64,000 bases of DNA from Octopus bimaculoides (Eukaryota). The notes under the pieces were generated by a model. That model was not told the origin of the DNA. It made no database searches and was given only the letters and a program-made list of their open reading frames with translations. A program made the position numbers and the translations under genes. Below are positions 50,700 through 63,751 of the stretch, piece after piece (position 1 is the first letter of the stretch; every line of letters starts with the position of its first letter). The stretch covers positions 18,807,409-18,871,408 of the forward strand of contig NC_068994.1 of the NCBI RefSeq assembly GCF_001194135.2. The letters are read 5' to 3'.

Positions 50700-50914
50700 A
50701 AAGATAAGAGTGAAAAAACTACAGAAGGCTTGTGTTACATGGTTAAAGTATATATTTAAATTATGTCAGAAAAATGTTATAAAATCTTTTTGATATATAG
50801 ACGTTGTATATATAATTGAAAAAAGATTAAAGATCTATACAAATCAAATTTTTATATATAAAAAAGATGGAGGTGGAAATAGCACAGAATTAGGTCTAAG
50901 ACATTTCAGTTTAA

Positions 50915-53270
50915 CCCTTGGTCTACCAGAGAAAATGTATGTCACTAATTACCAACTGGGTCCAATGGACCCAATATTTTTCTTTTAATTAAATTTCATT
51001 CAAACTACCACTATTTCTTAGCTACATCATATATGCTATTAGGTGAATGAAGAATTACTGTTTCTCACAAATTTTAATAAAAAAATACAGCTTACAGAAT
51101 ATATTATAAATTTAAAAAATTACAAAAATACAGNNNNNNNNNNCAGAAACAACATCTTCCTTTTTTCTTTGGCTGAGGAATCTCAAATGAGGTTGAAGAT
51201 TGTCTTCTTTTCTTGTTTGGTTGAGAAATGTTAGCGGAACTAATAGATTGTTTGTCAGTTCTTGTTTAGCATTAACTCCAGCAAGTTCCTTTCCTAACTG
51301 AATTAGGCAATGTCTTCTTTTATCCTTGAAACTTTGCAAGTGAAGCTGTTTATATCAATCATGTTGTAGAATATAACCCCAGGCCACCATCGAATCATTC
51401 TATTGCAAGTCCTTAACCGTCTTATCTAGGGTATCTACTCCTCCTTTTGTTTTGTTGTAACATGTAATAACTTCAGGTTTCTTTTCTGCACTTTTTGAAT
51501 CAATTGAAGGCTGAGAGTGGATTGTACTCATAAGTGTGACGACATAATTTTTCTTGGGACAACAAGATAGGATCATGGAATCCTTTTGAAATCCAAATAT
51601 TGTGCTGTTGATTTCTCTTTCTTTTCCATTTGTGAAAGCACTTGGAAGTTCAACTCTGTTCTTTCTAATTGTTCCAACTAAAGTAGTTTTCTTGCTAAGC
51701 AGCTTTTGAGCCAATCCTAGACTTATAAAAAAATTAGCACAAGTTATATTTGTAACCAGTATTTTCAAGTTCTTTTACTGGGTCTTCAACAACTCTTGAA
51801 CCTTGATTTGTTTCTTTCCCTTTTACTGGCTCTTTTCCAGTGTAGATTTGCATTTTCCAGGCATAAGATGTTTCACTGTCACATATTGCCCAAATTTTAA
51901 TTCCGTATTTTCCTGGTTTTGGAGGAATATATACCTGGAATGGGCAGTGCCCCCTGAATGAAACTAATTGTTCTTCAGCTGTCATGCATGAACTTGGAAC
52001 ATATCCATCTTGCATATTCTGATTCCACATTTCAAATACTTCTCTTATGGGCTTCAATTTATCATCACTTCTCTTTTTTCTTCTTGCACTAGCATCATCA
52101 AAATGCAATACTTGTAAATCTGTTGAAATCTCCAGCTCATAATTTTGTTGAATATTGGGCCACCATCTTCTTGACTCCATAACTGTGTGAGATTTTCATG
52201 TTTAGATTTATAAACACCTATAAGAAAAAATCAGTCCAATAAATTTCTTTAGTTTAGAGTTATCAATTTCCTTCCATTTATCTTTGTAAACAACCTGACC
52301 TTCAAAATTTGTCCATTTACAAATTACTTCAAGAAGATTCTGGCATATAAAAATGTTAAAGCATGTTCCAGTGTTATCACAAGACCTTTTAGCAAAACGG
52401 GATGGTCCACATTCTTGGTGTACGATATTGCAAGATGAAGTGCTTAGTGTTGCTTGAGTAAGAGGATTAGAATGCCAAACTTCTTGTCTGTTTCTAGAAG
52501 CATATTGCTCATTCATAATTGGGTGGCTTGCAGATAATTGTTTTTTACTATCTTCATCATCTGATGATACAGAACCTAAACTGTCCACCACACATTCACT
52601 TTCACTATCATCTTCAGAGCAATAGAAGGAATTGCTACTATCTTCTTCCCATTCTTCATCTAATTCCAATAATCTTTTTGATATTTGGTCTTCACTCATG
52701 TTTCCATGTCAAGGTATATTGAAAAGCACAACTGAACTATATAAACTTGATAGCAGACTAAAGGCAGATATTGCTCTCTCATATTTATACTCTCCTGAAA
52801 GATGATGCAATATATTGTAAGAATTGCATCACCACATAGAAATATTGTATCACCCTATAACCTAGCAGATTGAAGGTGATGCAATACCACATAAATTTAC
52901 AGGAATATTTTCATAATTTTTCCTATTTTATCTAAAATTCAGTAAATAAATTGAATGCAATTTTATCTATTTTATATCTGATAAATATCTAGGAAAATAA
53001 TATTTGATACTGCTTTTATTCTGTTTAGAATGACAAGAATATTGCCTGAATTTAATTTGAGGGTCCAATGGACCCATACGGTAATTAATGTATAAAGTGA
53101 AATTTTCTAGCTTTTATAAACATACGGAAAATTTCCTATTTGATAAATAAAAGAAAGTCAAGAAAAAATAAGAGTCACGAGAAATCAGCAGAATCAAATA
53201 ATATAAACAATAGGAAAAAGCAACTGAAAAAACTGAAATGGGTCCATTGGACACATTGGTAAACAGAAGG
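50915..53270 (-). mobile_element. piggyBac (PGBD4-like) DNA transposon, full span, inactive
   Basis: TTAA|CCCTTGGTCTACCA left; TGGTAAACAGAAGG|TCAA right; subterminal GGGTCCAATGGACCC at 50958 and 53061, variant at 53240. Confidence 0.92.
51112..52699 (-). pseudogene. piggyBac transposase pseudogene (DDE_Tnp_1_7 type)
   Basis: Acidic N-terminus, LHFDD, AEEQLVSFRG (VDEQL), KPGKYGIK, TCANFF (TDNFF), VGTIRKNR, YNKTKGGVDTLD; several frameshifts. Confidence 0.93.
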
Positions 53271-53440
53271 TCAAGAGAGAATTTAATAAAAGATTATATG
53301 AATAAAAATATTAATATTACCAGTTTTGATGTATTTCATCTTATCAAATATTAGTAAAAATTTATAAAAATTTATATATATATATATTAGAAATAATACA
53401 TTTCTAAATCTCTCAGAGAGACTTAAGCAGTAGTGATGCG

Positions 53441-53719
53441 ATAAAGTAGTTGTATACTGCCAACTTAACATGACAGTCCCAATAAGGGAATATACTACTG
53501 CTATTTAGCCCTAGGAAGCTGGACCGCTTCCTGTCGGCCTTGACACATTTCCTGTGTCCTGGCTAGGCTGGGTGGAGGAGTTTATCTCCCCCTCACAAAC
53601 ATAAGGACACAGGAAATGTGTCAAGGCGGACAGGAAGCGGTCCAGCTTCCTAGGGCTAAATAGCAGTAGTATATTCCCTTATTGGGACTGTCATGTTAAG
53701 TTGGCAGTATACAACTACT

Positions 53720-53723
<4 letters not shown>
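53441..53723. mobile_element. near-perfect fold-back element: 120-bp arms, 1 mismatch, 43-nt loop
   Basis: 53441-53560 vs 53604-53723, only mismatch at 53536. Confidence 0.93.
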
Positions 53724-53764
<41 letters not shown>

Positions 53765-54439
53765 NNNNNNNNNNNNNNNNNNNNNNNNNNNNNNNNNNNN
53801 NNNNNNNNNNNNNNNNNNNNNNNNNNNNNNNNNNNNNNNNNNNNNNNNNNNNNNNNNNNNNNNNNNNNNNNNNNNNNATATAATAATATTAGGGACAAAA
53901 TCCAAAATTACAGGTAAAAACTCAATTAAAATCAATTTATAAAAAATTAAAATTAAATTGAGCTTTATAGATTAAAATAAACACGTGTAGTCATTTTATT
54001 ATCTTTATCTTATGATATTTACTTTGTTTTATATTATACTCATTTATTGTGCTTTTAATTATTAATTTTTCTATATGTGATAGTGGATTTTCATCGATGT
54101 GTTCTTGAAACTTGGTTCTTTTCCCTAAAACTATATATATATGTATATATGTAACTCAAATACTGTAGAAAATTTCTGTTTCATCCCTTTTGTTTTGCTT
54201 TCTAGCATTCGGAGTGTATGCCTGAAAGGTAAACAAGATCCATATGGATCTTATGCACATCTTCCAGCCATCACACATAATAACTGTTCAGATATTGATA
54301 AAAACTATTGGGAAAAGGCTAAAAGGGAACTTTTCTGTAATGTTTCTATTTCTACTCAACTGCTCTTAGCCTTTCGCAGAAAAAGGTACAAAAATATTAA
54401 GTACTATCACTTTTATTTTTAAACCATATGCATCCCACT

Positions 54440-54600
54440 GTTGCTACTCTCCTGCTCTCGCCCTCTCTGTCTTCCTCTCTCTCCCTATCTCCCTCTTTCT
54501 CTTCCTCTCTCTTCCTCTTCCATTCTCCCTCTCTCTCTTCCTCTTCCCCTCTTTCCCTCTCCACCTCTCTCCTCCTCTCTGTCTCTCTCTCTCTTTTTCT
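54440..54600. repeat. CT-rich low complexity; (GA)n at 55636-55737
   Basis: Direct reading. Confidence 0.9.
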
Positions 54601-55631
54601 GTGTCTTGTGGCTCAAAAACAACTTGCACCTTTCTGACTTCAACACTTCATCACTTTGTTTCAATAAACTAAATTTCTACCTCTCTGGAATTGCACAGAT
54701 ACAATATAATCCTCTCGTGTTTTGCACTGAAGATACACAAAATAACGAAGCAACCCATCTGTGGATATGAAGGTTATTTAATATATGTGAAAGAAATAAA
54801 ATGCCTTTCTTTTTCTTTCCAATGTTTTTATTGAAAATAATTGTACTTTTACAGAATATTGGTATGTGGCAAATAACTCTGAAAAACTACACTGAAAATT
54901 GCTGTGTTTGAGATTTACCACAAATTACTTTTAAAATTCACCTACAGCGTTACATTCAACAGTTCTTGGGTAGTTTTGATATCAAAAAGTAGTGATGACT
55001 TATCCATCATCTGTGATGACTTGCCCATCATAAGATAATGTGTACAAGGGATGAGCAGAGATGATGAAGCTCTAATTCTGGCTAGGGCAAAATCACAGAA
55101 TTGATGCAACATCCTAGGCAGAAGACTGTAGAATTACTTATAGACATAGAAGTTAAAACCAAATTGCTTTGTACATGATGAGTATGTCAATGTTGTTTGG
55201 CATAAATAGCAGATACAAAAGGTTAACAGGGAAGACATTTAAAGATAGTCATTAAAATGTGTCATTGAAGTTTCTTAAGATAATTGTCCTGAGAAAAATT
55301 TAGTGCAATCCAAGCTGTTTTGACATTCTCAAAGTGAAAGTGAATGAAATTTTTGTATATTAGCACAAACACAGTTTCGTCAATTGGTATAGTAAAACAG
55401 GTAAGATGAAACCATTTTGTATACATTATCAATTTGGTAGTTAAATTTGAAGTTAGAAGTAGACCAAAATCTCTGATGCATTTGTTAATTGTAGTAAAAG
55501 GATTAAAAGATTTTATTGTTTGATGGCATTTCACCTAATTTAAGAAAAATAATTCAACAGTTGAAAAATTTGAGTGGGTACTGTTGCTGCTGTCACCTAC
55601 AGTTGCTATCAGAGTAACAAAGGGAGCGACA

Positions 55632-55677
<46 letters not shown>

Positions 55678-55687
55678 NNNNNNNNNN

Positions 55688-55720
<33 letters not shown>

Positions 55721-56073
55721 TGAGAGAGAGAGAGAGTTTATTGAGAAATAGAAGAGAGGGGGAAGATTCCTTTAAGGAGAGAGAATCGCTTCAGGGTTTA
55801 TAATTTTTTTTATTGTTATGAGTGATCTTTTTCTTACGAGTGAAAGAGCATATAAAATAATATTTCCTTATAATCCATTGTTTTCTTTTTAAATGTCCTG
55901 GTAGTTGTGGATACTCCCATTTTGCCCTTCTTATGTGCTCCTCAGTATAACATAACTGGAGATCAATAATTCTTTTTAAATTAAAGTGCATGCTGCTCTT
56001 AAAACTCAGTCTGCAATATGATATGTTTAGATGTTATATGTTGTGATGTCATCTAATGAGACTCTCAGAAGGC

Positions 56074-56729
56074 TGTTATATTATTGTGGTGATAGGAACC
56101 TGGTAAAGAATCTATAAAACACAAGGTGGCAACTTTAACACGTTTATTGTGGTCACACGCATACACACAATGGAATGATGGTTTATATATATCTACAGGC
56201 ATCTGGGTGGGTTGTATGTAAGCTGTTAATCCTGGTGAGAAACTCACGAATAGCGATGTCAGAACCAGAGCAGTGTGTTGGTGCTGTGCAGACGTTGATG
56301 ACATTGGTGAGAGACATCTGATGTGATGACAAAGATGGAAGTTGCTGCAAGGTGATCAGTGGTTATACCTTAGAAAGTCTAGAACCAACTGACCCCGAGC
56401 CTAGGAAAAGGTGAGCTTTTATAGTTAACAGGTAGGCTCAAATGCTTGTTTGGAACAGACCGTCTCACATGACTTATTTGCAGGTTGTGATTGGTTGGAT
56501 TGCATATTGGCGTGTGATAGAGTAAGAGACAAATCGCCCCAATATCAACCAATCAGAGTGGTAGACACAACAGGGTCCAAAACAGCACCCAAAGGCTAGC
56601 TGTTACCTGATACATTCGTATGTACTTAATATAAGTGGGGAAGCTCACTAGATTTTGCTACATATGCATTGTGGTCCTATTACTGTATTGATAGCACCAA
56701 TAGAGAAACCACTGGATACATGCATAACA
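56074..56729 (-). mobile_element. putative solo LTR
   Basis: TGTTAT...ATAACA inverted termini, CCAAT boxes, ctataaaagc and aataaa in order on minus strand; no TSD found. Confidence 0.5.
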
Positions 56730-56892
56730 TTGTCAGCTAGTTTGGTTGGTGTTGGAAGAAAGCAATGTATCAGGGTTAATAATAACATCAGTAATGTCAT
56801 TAATAAATAAATTACTGTTGTTACTATTACAGCTGTTTTTGTTGCTGTTAATGTTTTGGGATAGCTCCAGTGTGGTCAGTGCAGATATGGAA

Positions 56893-57260
56893 GCATGGCT
56901 GTGTGGTAAGAAGTTGGCTTTCCAACCACATGGTTTTGGGTTTCAGTCCCACTGCATAGCACCTTGGGCATCTGAGCTGATCAAAGCCTTGTGAGTGGAT
57001 TTGGTTGATGGAAACTGAAAGAAGCCCATTGTGTGTGTGTGTGTGCGTGTGCGTGCGTGTTTCCCACCACTGCTTAACAACGGTTTATTTGCATTCTCAT
57101 AACTTAGAGATTCAGCAAAATTAAACAATAGAATAAGTGTGAGGCTTAAAAAAAAAAAAGATTGGGGTTAATTTGTTCAATTTGTTTGGCAAAAAAATTC
57201 TTCAAGGCAGTACCCCAGCATGGCCGAAGTCTAATGACTGAAACAAGTAAAAGATAAGAG
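56893..57260 (+). mobile_element. SINE family A
   Basis: Head, short deletion in CORE-like block, tail. Confidence 0.8.
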
Positions 57261-57842
57261 ATTAAAAACACAACAGATGTTCAACGTAATTACCAAATTC
57301 CCTTCATCCCAACTCTGATGTGTCTTAATCAGGAACTACTTAAAAAGCAGTCCCTAATATAGAATTATTATATCAGCATTATAACAGAGACAGGGTAGTC
57401 TTGAATAGAGTACTGAATGAACAAAGCAAACTCTATTCGATGGAGGAAGAAACAAATTATTCTCAATTTTTAGAGAGATAAGAGAGATAATCTGCTCAAG
57501 CTTAAGCAACCATATATTACTGAAAGAATCTACATATTCTTGTTCTTTAAGAGAGAGTCATAGACAAAACAGAGCCCTTCGTGACACCCGAAAGTCAGGG
57601 AAAAGAAAGACTAGGGAAAATAATAGTAGACACAAAACTGAAACAGCTTGCCTCTGTAGTCTACAAATATTTGGTTGTTAAGGAAATTACCTCATTTCCT
57701 CAAACCTTGAAATTTAGTGAAATAAGTCCTTGCATAAGTGGAATAACATTTTGGCACAAAATGACTCATGATAATGTATAATGTGTTGTTTATGTTGCAG
57801 GAGTTTAGAAACTTAGAGAGATATGAAATATAACATCTTTAA

Positions 57843-57960
57843 CCCTTTAGAATTCAGATTACTCTGTCAAATGTAATGTATTTTTTATTTACATCGTTTT
57901 GAATTAATCAGGGATTATCTTGCACCCTTGTGATTTTGATGCTGTAATTGGTTATTTTTA
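57843..57960 (+). mobile_element. piggyBac-type MITE family 1, left part
   Basis: TTAA|CCCTTTAGAATTCAGATTACTCTG. Confidence 0.75.
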
Positions 57961-58099
57961 CATTTTTATATTATTTATTTTCAATTCAAGTCATTTTTTA
58001 AAATTCTATTTATTTTCTTAATTTTATTTATCTTTTATTTTATTTTTATTTCATTGATCATTATTATTTCATATATGCACTATGGATTAAACTGTTGGA

Positions 58100-58350
58100 A
58101 TAGACAAATTTCTAGCAACAGGCTGCATCAAGTAACCTTAGATGCCAAGAACCTTGCTATGTATCCTAGCTGTCCCTAATAACACTGTTTTCTGGAGCTG
58201 CTCTACACTAGGTCTTATGCCTATTTCCTCTATCCATCGGTTCAAATCTCTTTAGGGATAGCCCTGAATGCACCTATAACATTTTACTCACACTTTCCTT
58301 AGCCTCTGCAATTCAATAGTTAGGTCCTGGTACTTTGCTATTTTTATTAC
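58100..58350 (-). mobile_element. R4/Dong-like (REL endonuclease) LINE 3' end
   Basis: KYQDLTIELQRL ... WIEEIGIRPSVEQLQKTVLLGTARIHSKVLGI* with frameshifts. Confidence 0.75.
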
Positions 58351-58451
58351 TATTATTATTAACCATGCCAAATCAGACTGAAGTCTAGTGCAAACCCACA
58401 GCTTACCAGCCAGTAGTCAAACCACCCAACCCAGCATGGACACCGGACATT

Positions 58452-58490
<39 letters not shown>

Positions 58491-58670
58491 ACAACAACAG
58501 CAACAACAGCAACAAAGCAGCGAGCTGGCAGAAACGTTAGCAGACTGGACGAAATGCTTAGTGGTATTTCACCTGTCACTATGTTCTGAGTTCAAATTCT
58601 GTTGAGGTCGACTTTGCCTTTCATCCTTTTGGGGTCGATAGAATAAGTACCTGTTGAACACTGGAGTTGA
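58350..58670 (+). mobile_element. RTE-type tail fragment followed by SINE family B
   Basis: cagcatgga..ggacattaaa(tca)n; then gcagcgagctggcagaaacgttagc...gttcaaattc. Confidence 0.75.
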
Positions 58671-59772
58671 TGTTGAAAGCTATTCTGTGACCATTCAACC
58701 ATGTTGTATATCAGTGACTACATGGTCTAATGAGTCCTTCTTTATTTAGAATAGTAGGATATGGTTTGAGGAAGATTGGGCTGCTATTTCTAGGAACTGC
58801 TATTTCAAGCTGATATTTCTACCATGTAAGAAGCTCTCTTGTTGATGTTGATGAGAATGTTAGTTGTGACAATTGAACTGCTGTCTTAATGATGATTAAG
58901 ATGAGAGAAGGGGTGGGGGGAGAAGGAGAGGGGGAGGAAGAAGGAGAGGGGAGGAGGAGACTAAAAGAGTGAAAGTGAGAGGCTGAGAGAGAGAATAAAG
59001 AGTCAGACACTGACAGAGAGTAGTACATGGTTAGGGTGAATGAATATCATGAAAGAAACAGGAGAGGAGCAATCTAGAAGTTGCGAAAGAACAAATGAAA
59101 ATAAGTGAGGCGGGTGGGTAGAGGGAAAGAGAGCCAGTGAAAACGGCATCTAAAAGCTGAAAGAAACAAAGAATGAGAATCAACAGAGAGAGGGGGATAA
59201 AGAGAGAGAGAGGGAGAAAGAGAGAAAATGAACATTGATGCACGCTCAGACACGAGAACAACCTCATTGTTATTTGTTAATTACACTTTATAATGTCCTA
59301 GAATAATCCCTGGTCAAGCAAGTCAGTAGTGTGTGAGACTATCAGATGAAATTTTGATGAGTTGTATCCTGTCACTAGTTCTGTCAAAACATTTAACTCT
59401 TGCAGTTTCGATTCACTGTATTTGTAAATAGGAAACAAATCTCCCTCAAACCACACCCAACTATTAGAAATTATGTTTGCTAGTTTGTTGTTAACACCAA
59501 TACTGGAAGCAGAATTCCTGTCAATGGAAATTGGAAGATGGAAAGTTGAATGAGCTGCAGAACCACTTTTGTAAAACAATGTAGCCATTCCTGGGGATAA
59601 AACAGTGAAAACCAGTTCATCTAAACATGCTTTCACATAATAAATGTTCACATGAAATATCTTTCTGAAGCCACTAGAACTATTAACAAAAGAAGTGGTT
59701 TGAACTTCAACTGTTATTCAGTATGTTATCTCTTAAGGTATCAAAAGCATATCAGAGCTCATAGTTAAAAGT

Positions 59773-59992
59773 TCCTTTCGATACCAACATACCTGAGACT
59801 GCCCCAGGTTCTGTAACATAAACTTACTGTTTTAAACTGGTCTAAATTATAATCTTCCATCAAAATTTTATGCTAATTTGTTCCAGATCATAGCTTAATA
59901 ACAAGAAAGTTATTTTACTAAATTCTTCATTATTTTAAAAAATTACTGAAACAATGGTAGCATATGCCAACAAAACTATGGTAACAAAAGGG
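59773..59992. mobile_element. piggyBac-type MITE family 2, uninterrupted
   Basis: cctttcgatacca ... tggtaacaaaaggg|TTAA. Confidence 0.75.
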
Positions 59993-60259
59993 TTAATGGC
60001 TCGCTTCAGTTTTCTGTAAGTTGTTGATGGTAATGTCTAAAATTGATTAAAAAGTTTTTATACATTTGGTTCAAATGATCCAAGGATAAACTGATAAAGA
60101 GAAGTTCTATTTCAGAGACAGGAAACAGGTCTTTCTAACTGTTCATAATCATTTTGTTAGAATGAAGTCAATCAAATTCCATAGGCAACTTGTGATATGG
60201 AAAGGATTCCAATTGATCTGGGAAGCAGCAAAGCAGTAATATTCAAATGAACATAAAGC

Positions 60260-60470
60260 AGTGTACTGGCAGAATTGTTAGCACACTGCGCAAAAATGGC
60301 TAGCAGCATTTCGTCTGTCTTTGCATTCAGAGTACATATCCACGAAGGTCAACTTTACCTTTCATCTTTTCAGGGTTGATAAAATAAGTACCAGTTGAGC
60401 ACTTGGGTTGTTGTAATTGACTTACCTCTTCCCCAAAGTTACTGGCCTTGTGCAAACAGTTAAAATCAAT
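60260..60470 (+). mobile_element. SINE family B
   Basis: ctggcagaattgttagcac...ggccttgtgc. Confidence 0.75.
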
Positions 60471-61084
60471 ATTTAAATGAACAAATTTTAAACTTGAGTG
60501 CAGAACAAGTTTCAAATTCACAGCTTTCGTTGATATTTCTATCAAATTCTTTATCAGACTCAATAAAGTCAATCTTTAAAGCTGCTCCTAAAATGAGCAT
60601 GACCCATATTTGCATTGCAAAAATCATATGCTAATGATGTCTTTCAGAATCTTGAAGGCTGATAAAGTAGATTCTTATAATTAATAATCCTCTTCATTTC
60701 CTCTTTGTCCATTTTTTATTAATCTATTTTAAATATGGTGCTGTGGAAAACTGGAGCATAATATATTACAGATTCATCTCTATGATTTATAGTAAACCAT
60801 TTACTAAGAGTTGACTCATAATTTTTATCCAGTAATAATTGGTGTCCATTTTCATTGTTCTCAAACACTATCCACTATTGAATATTGAATGGTGTTTGAA
60901 ATAAAGGCAAAAAAAAAAATGATGCCAAAGCATTCTTGATACTGATACATAGACACATACACACGCAAACACACATAGACACACACACACACGTGCATGC
61001 GCACACATGCATGCACACACGTGCATGTACGTATATATGTGCATACACGTATACATGTGCATGCATGCGTACACATGCATTTGT

Positions 61085-61300
61085 ATGTGTCTTTGTGGTT
61101 GTCATCCCCACCACTTGACAACCAGTATCTGTCTGTTTTACATCTCTGTAACTTAGCAGCTCAGCAAAAGAGACTGATATAATAAGTATCAGGCTTAAAA
61201 CAAATAAGCAGCACTGAAGTCAATTTATTTGACTAAACCCTTCAAGGTTGTGTCTCAGCATCACAAGAGTCCAGTGACTGAAACGAGTAAAAGATAGAAG
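61085..61300 (+). mobile_element. SINE family A 3' half
   Basis: ccaccacttgacaacc...tgactgaaacgagtaaaagat. Confidence 0.75.
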
Positions 61301-61709
61301 ATAAATGATACTATTTTCTCCTGTTGCAGACAAAACATTTGCTGTCTGGATGCAGCAAGAGTATCAGAATTTCCTGTAGAACATGAATCACTGCCGAAAT
61401 AGAAATGTTGCAACTCAGAATTGCTAAATGAAATGATAGATGGTATGTAAGTGTTTGAATACCCACTCTATTCAGTACAATTTTCTCTGCAGAAGTATCA
61501 GAGTATGTTGACATAAATTTGGTATAAGTGCATTTGAGTTCTGATTTGAAAATTTGCGTTAAAGGTTTCATTGGTTCCTCCTCATCTTTAGGAATGTATA
61601 AAATGCGACAGGAAGATAATATCACTGCAGCTCCAGCAAACATACATTCCTTTATTCTGTGCACATTTCTTTGAGATTCTACCATTGTATTTACATTACG
61701 TAGTCCTCA

Positions 61710-61920
61710 AAGGTGGCAAGCTGGTAGAATCAATAGTACATTGGACAAAATGCTTAGCAGCATTTCTTGTGAATCTTTATGTTCTGAGTTCAAATTCTAC
61801 TGAGGTCAACTTTACCTTTTATCTTTACTGGGTCAAACAAATAAGTACCAGTTGGGTACTGGGGCTGATAACCAACTACTTCACCCATTCAAAATTGTTG
61901 GCCTTGTGCCAAAACTATAA
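61710..61920 (+). mobile_element. SINE family B
   Basis: ggtggcaagctggtagaatc...ctgagttcaaattc. Confidence 0.75.
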
Positions 61921-62162
61921 AGAATTCCTCAAACAATTTCTGCAGTATTGTTATAAACACACACCATTTCTGTAACCTGCTAGTAAGTTCTTTGAACCTT
62001 GATATTTTAGTATTTTAAACAGAACTGAAAAAAATCTCTAATAAAATAGTAATATAGTTTAAATTGGAGCTACTTATGTCTTACACATATATGAACATAC
62101 ACATTCAAATATGCATATATGTATAGTGTGTGTGCTTGTATATGAGTATGTATATGTATGTG

Positions 62163-62209
<47 letters not shown>

Positions 62210-62811
62210 NNNNNNNNNNNNNNNNNNNNNNNNNNNNNNNNNNNNNNNNNNNNNNNNNNNNNNNNNNNNNNNNNNNNNNNNNNNNNNNNNNNNNNNNNNN
62301 NNNNNNNNNNNNNNNNNNNNNNNNNNNNNNNNNNNNNNNNNNNNNNNNNNNNNNNNNNNNNNNNNNNNNNNNNNNNNNNNNNNNNNNNNNNNNNNNNNNN
62401 NNNNNNNNNNNNNNNNNNNNNNNNNNNNNNNNNNNNNNNNNNNNNNNNNNNNNNNNNNNNNNNNNNNNNNNNNNNNNNNNNNNNNNNNNNNNNNNNNNNN
62501 NNNNNNNNNNNNNNNNNNNNNNNNNNNNNNNNNNNNNNNNNNNNNNNNNNNNNNNNNNNNNNNNNNNNNNNNNNNNNNNNNNNNNNNNNNNNNNNNNNNN
62601 NNNNNNNNNNNNNNNNNNNNNNNNNNNNNNNNNNNNNNNNNNNNNNNNNNNNNNNNNNNNNNNNNNNNNNNNNNNNNNNNNNNNNNNNNNNNNNNNNNNN
62701 NNNNNNNNNNNTATATATATACACATATATATATATATATACATATATAGATAGATAGATCTATCTATCTATCTATTTATCTATCTATCTATAGATAGAT
62801 ACATATATGCA

Positions 62812-62876
<65 letters not shown>

Positions 62877-62879
62877 TAT

Positions 62880-63140
62880 CATGTGATCAACCTGACTATT
62901 GGATGTTGTTATCCACCACTGGTCATAATGTGCTTTGGATTGTTTTAGTTTTGAACTGATGCCACTCTGCTGGTTAGGTGAGCAGGCCAACATTCTTTCG
63001 GATTGTTAGGCTTGTTGGTTACAGCTGATTGGACTGGAGCAATGTGAAATGAAATGCTTTGCTCAAGAACACAATGGGCAGCAGGTTTGCAAACTGAAAC
63101 CACAATCTCATGTTCGTGAATGCAATATGCCTAAGCTGTA
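62880..63140 (-). mobile_element. decayed SINE (family C-like head)
   Basis: tttgctcaagaacacaa = reverse of the tgtccttgagcaag core. Confidence 0.5.
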
Positions 63141-63751
63141 AGTGTATAAATGCATACATGTGCATATTTATGGTTGTGTGTAAAACTTGTGACAGAAGAA
63201 TCATCTAATGTTTGTGGTGAGAACAGTCGAGACAGTTTAGTTTCATTAGGAGTCGAGTCGAATCAAAAGAAAAAATTCCGGTGTTTGAGACAAAAAAGGA
63301 CTTCAAATTGAAAGGTAATACAGCAATAATCAATTAGTATTGTTTAGTTTTAGCTCTTTTGAACATAACAAACAATTAGTATTACGTCATTTTAGGAATT
63401 TCCAAAACAACAAATCTTTGACTGTGCCATTCTTTATTTGAGAGTGAGATGCTAATTCATGTCTACAAAAAAAAAAGAAAAAAGGAAATTAGTTGGCATT
63501 ATTACTGGAATGGAAAGGAATGCACTACAATGATTCATATCATTTAGTTACATGGAACTATTTTTAATGAATTAGAAATGTTAATTATTTTTGTCACCAA
63601 AATGTGTCAAGAATCAAAAATTGGTTTGCATGTAATTTTATTTTAATGTGTGTGTAATGCAGACCTCATGTAACACATACATTCAGCGACCCAGTATCAA
63701 AAATATTAAAGAAAATAAAGTCAAAAACTCTATTTATTTCACATCATTTTG

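Noticed and set aside
54985-55075. C/D-box snoRNA suggested by repeated RTGATGA
   Set aside because: Explained by a short direct repeat; no terminal stem or properly placed CTGA D box.
61331-61441. Plus-strand exon candidate with good splice sites
   Set aside because: Stops in all three frames and no supporting context.
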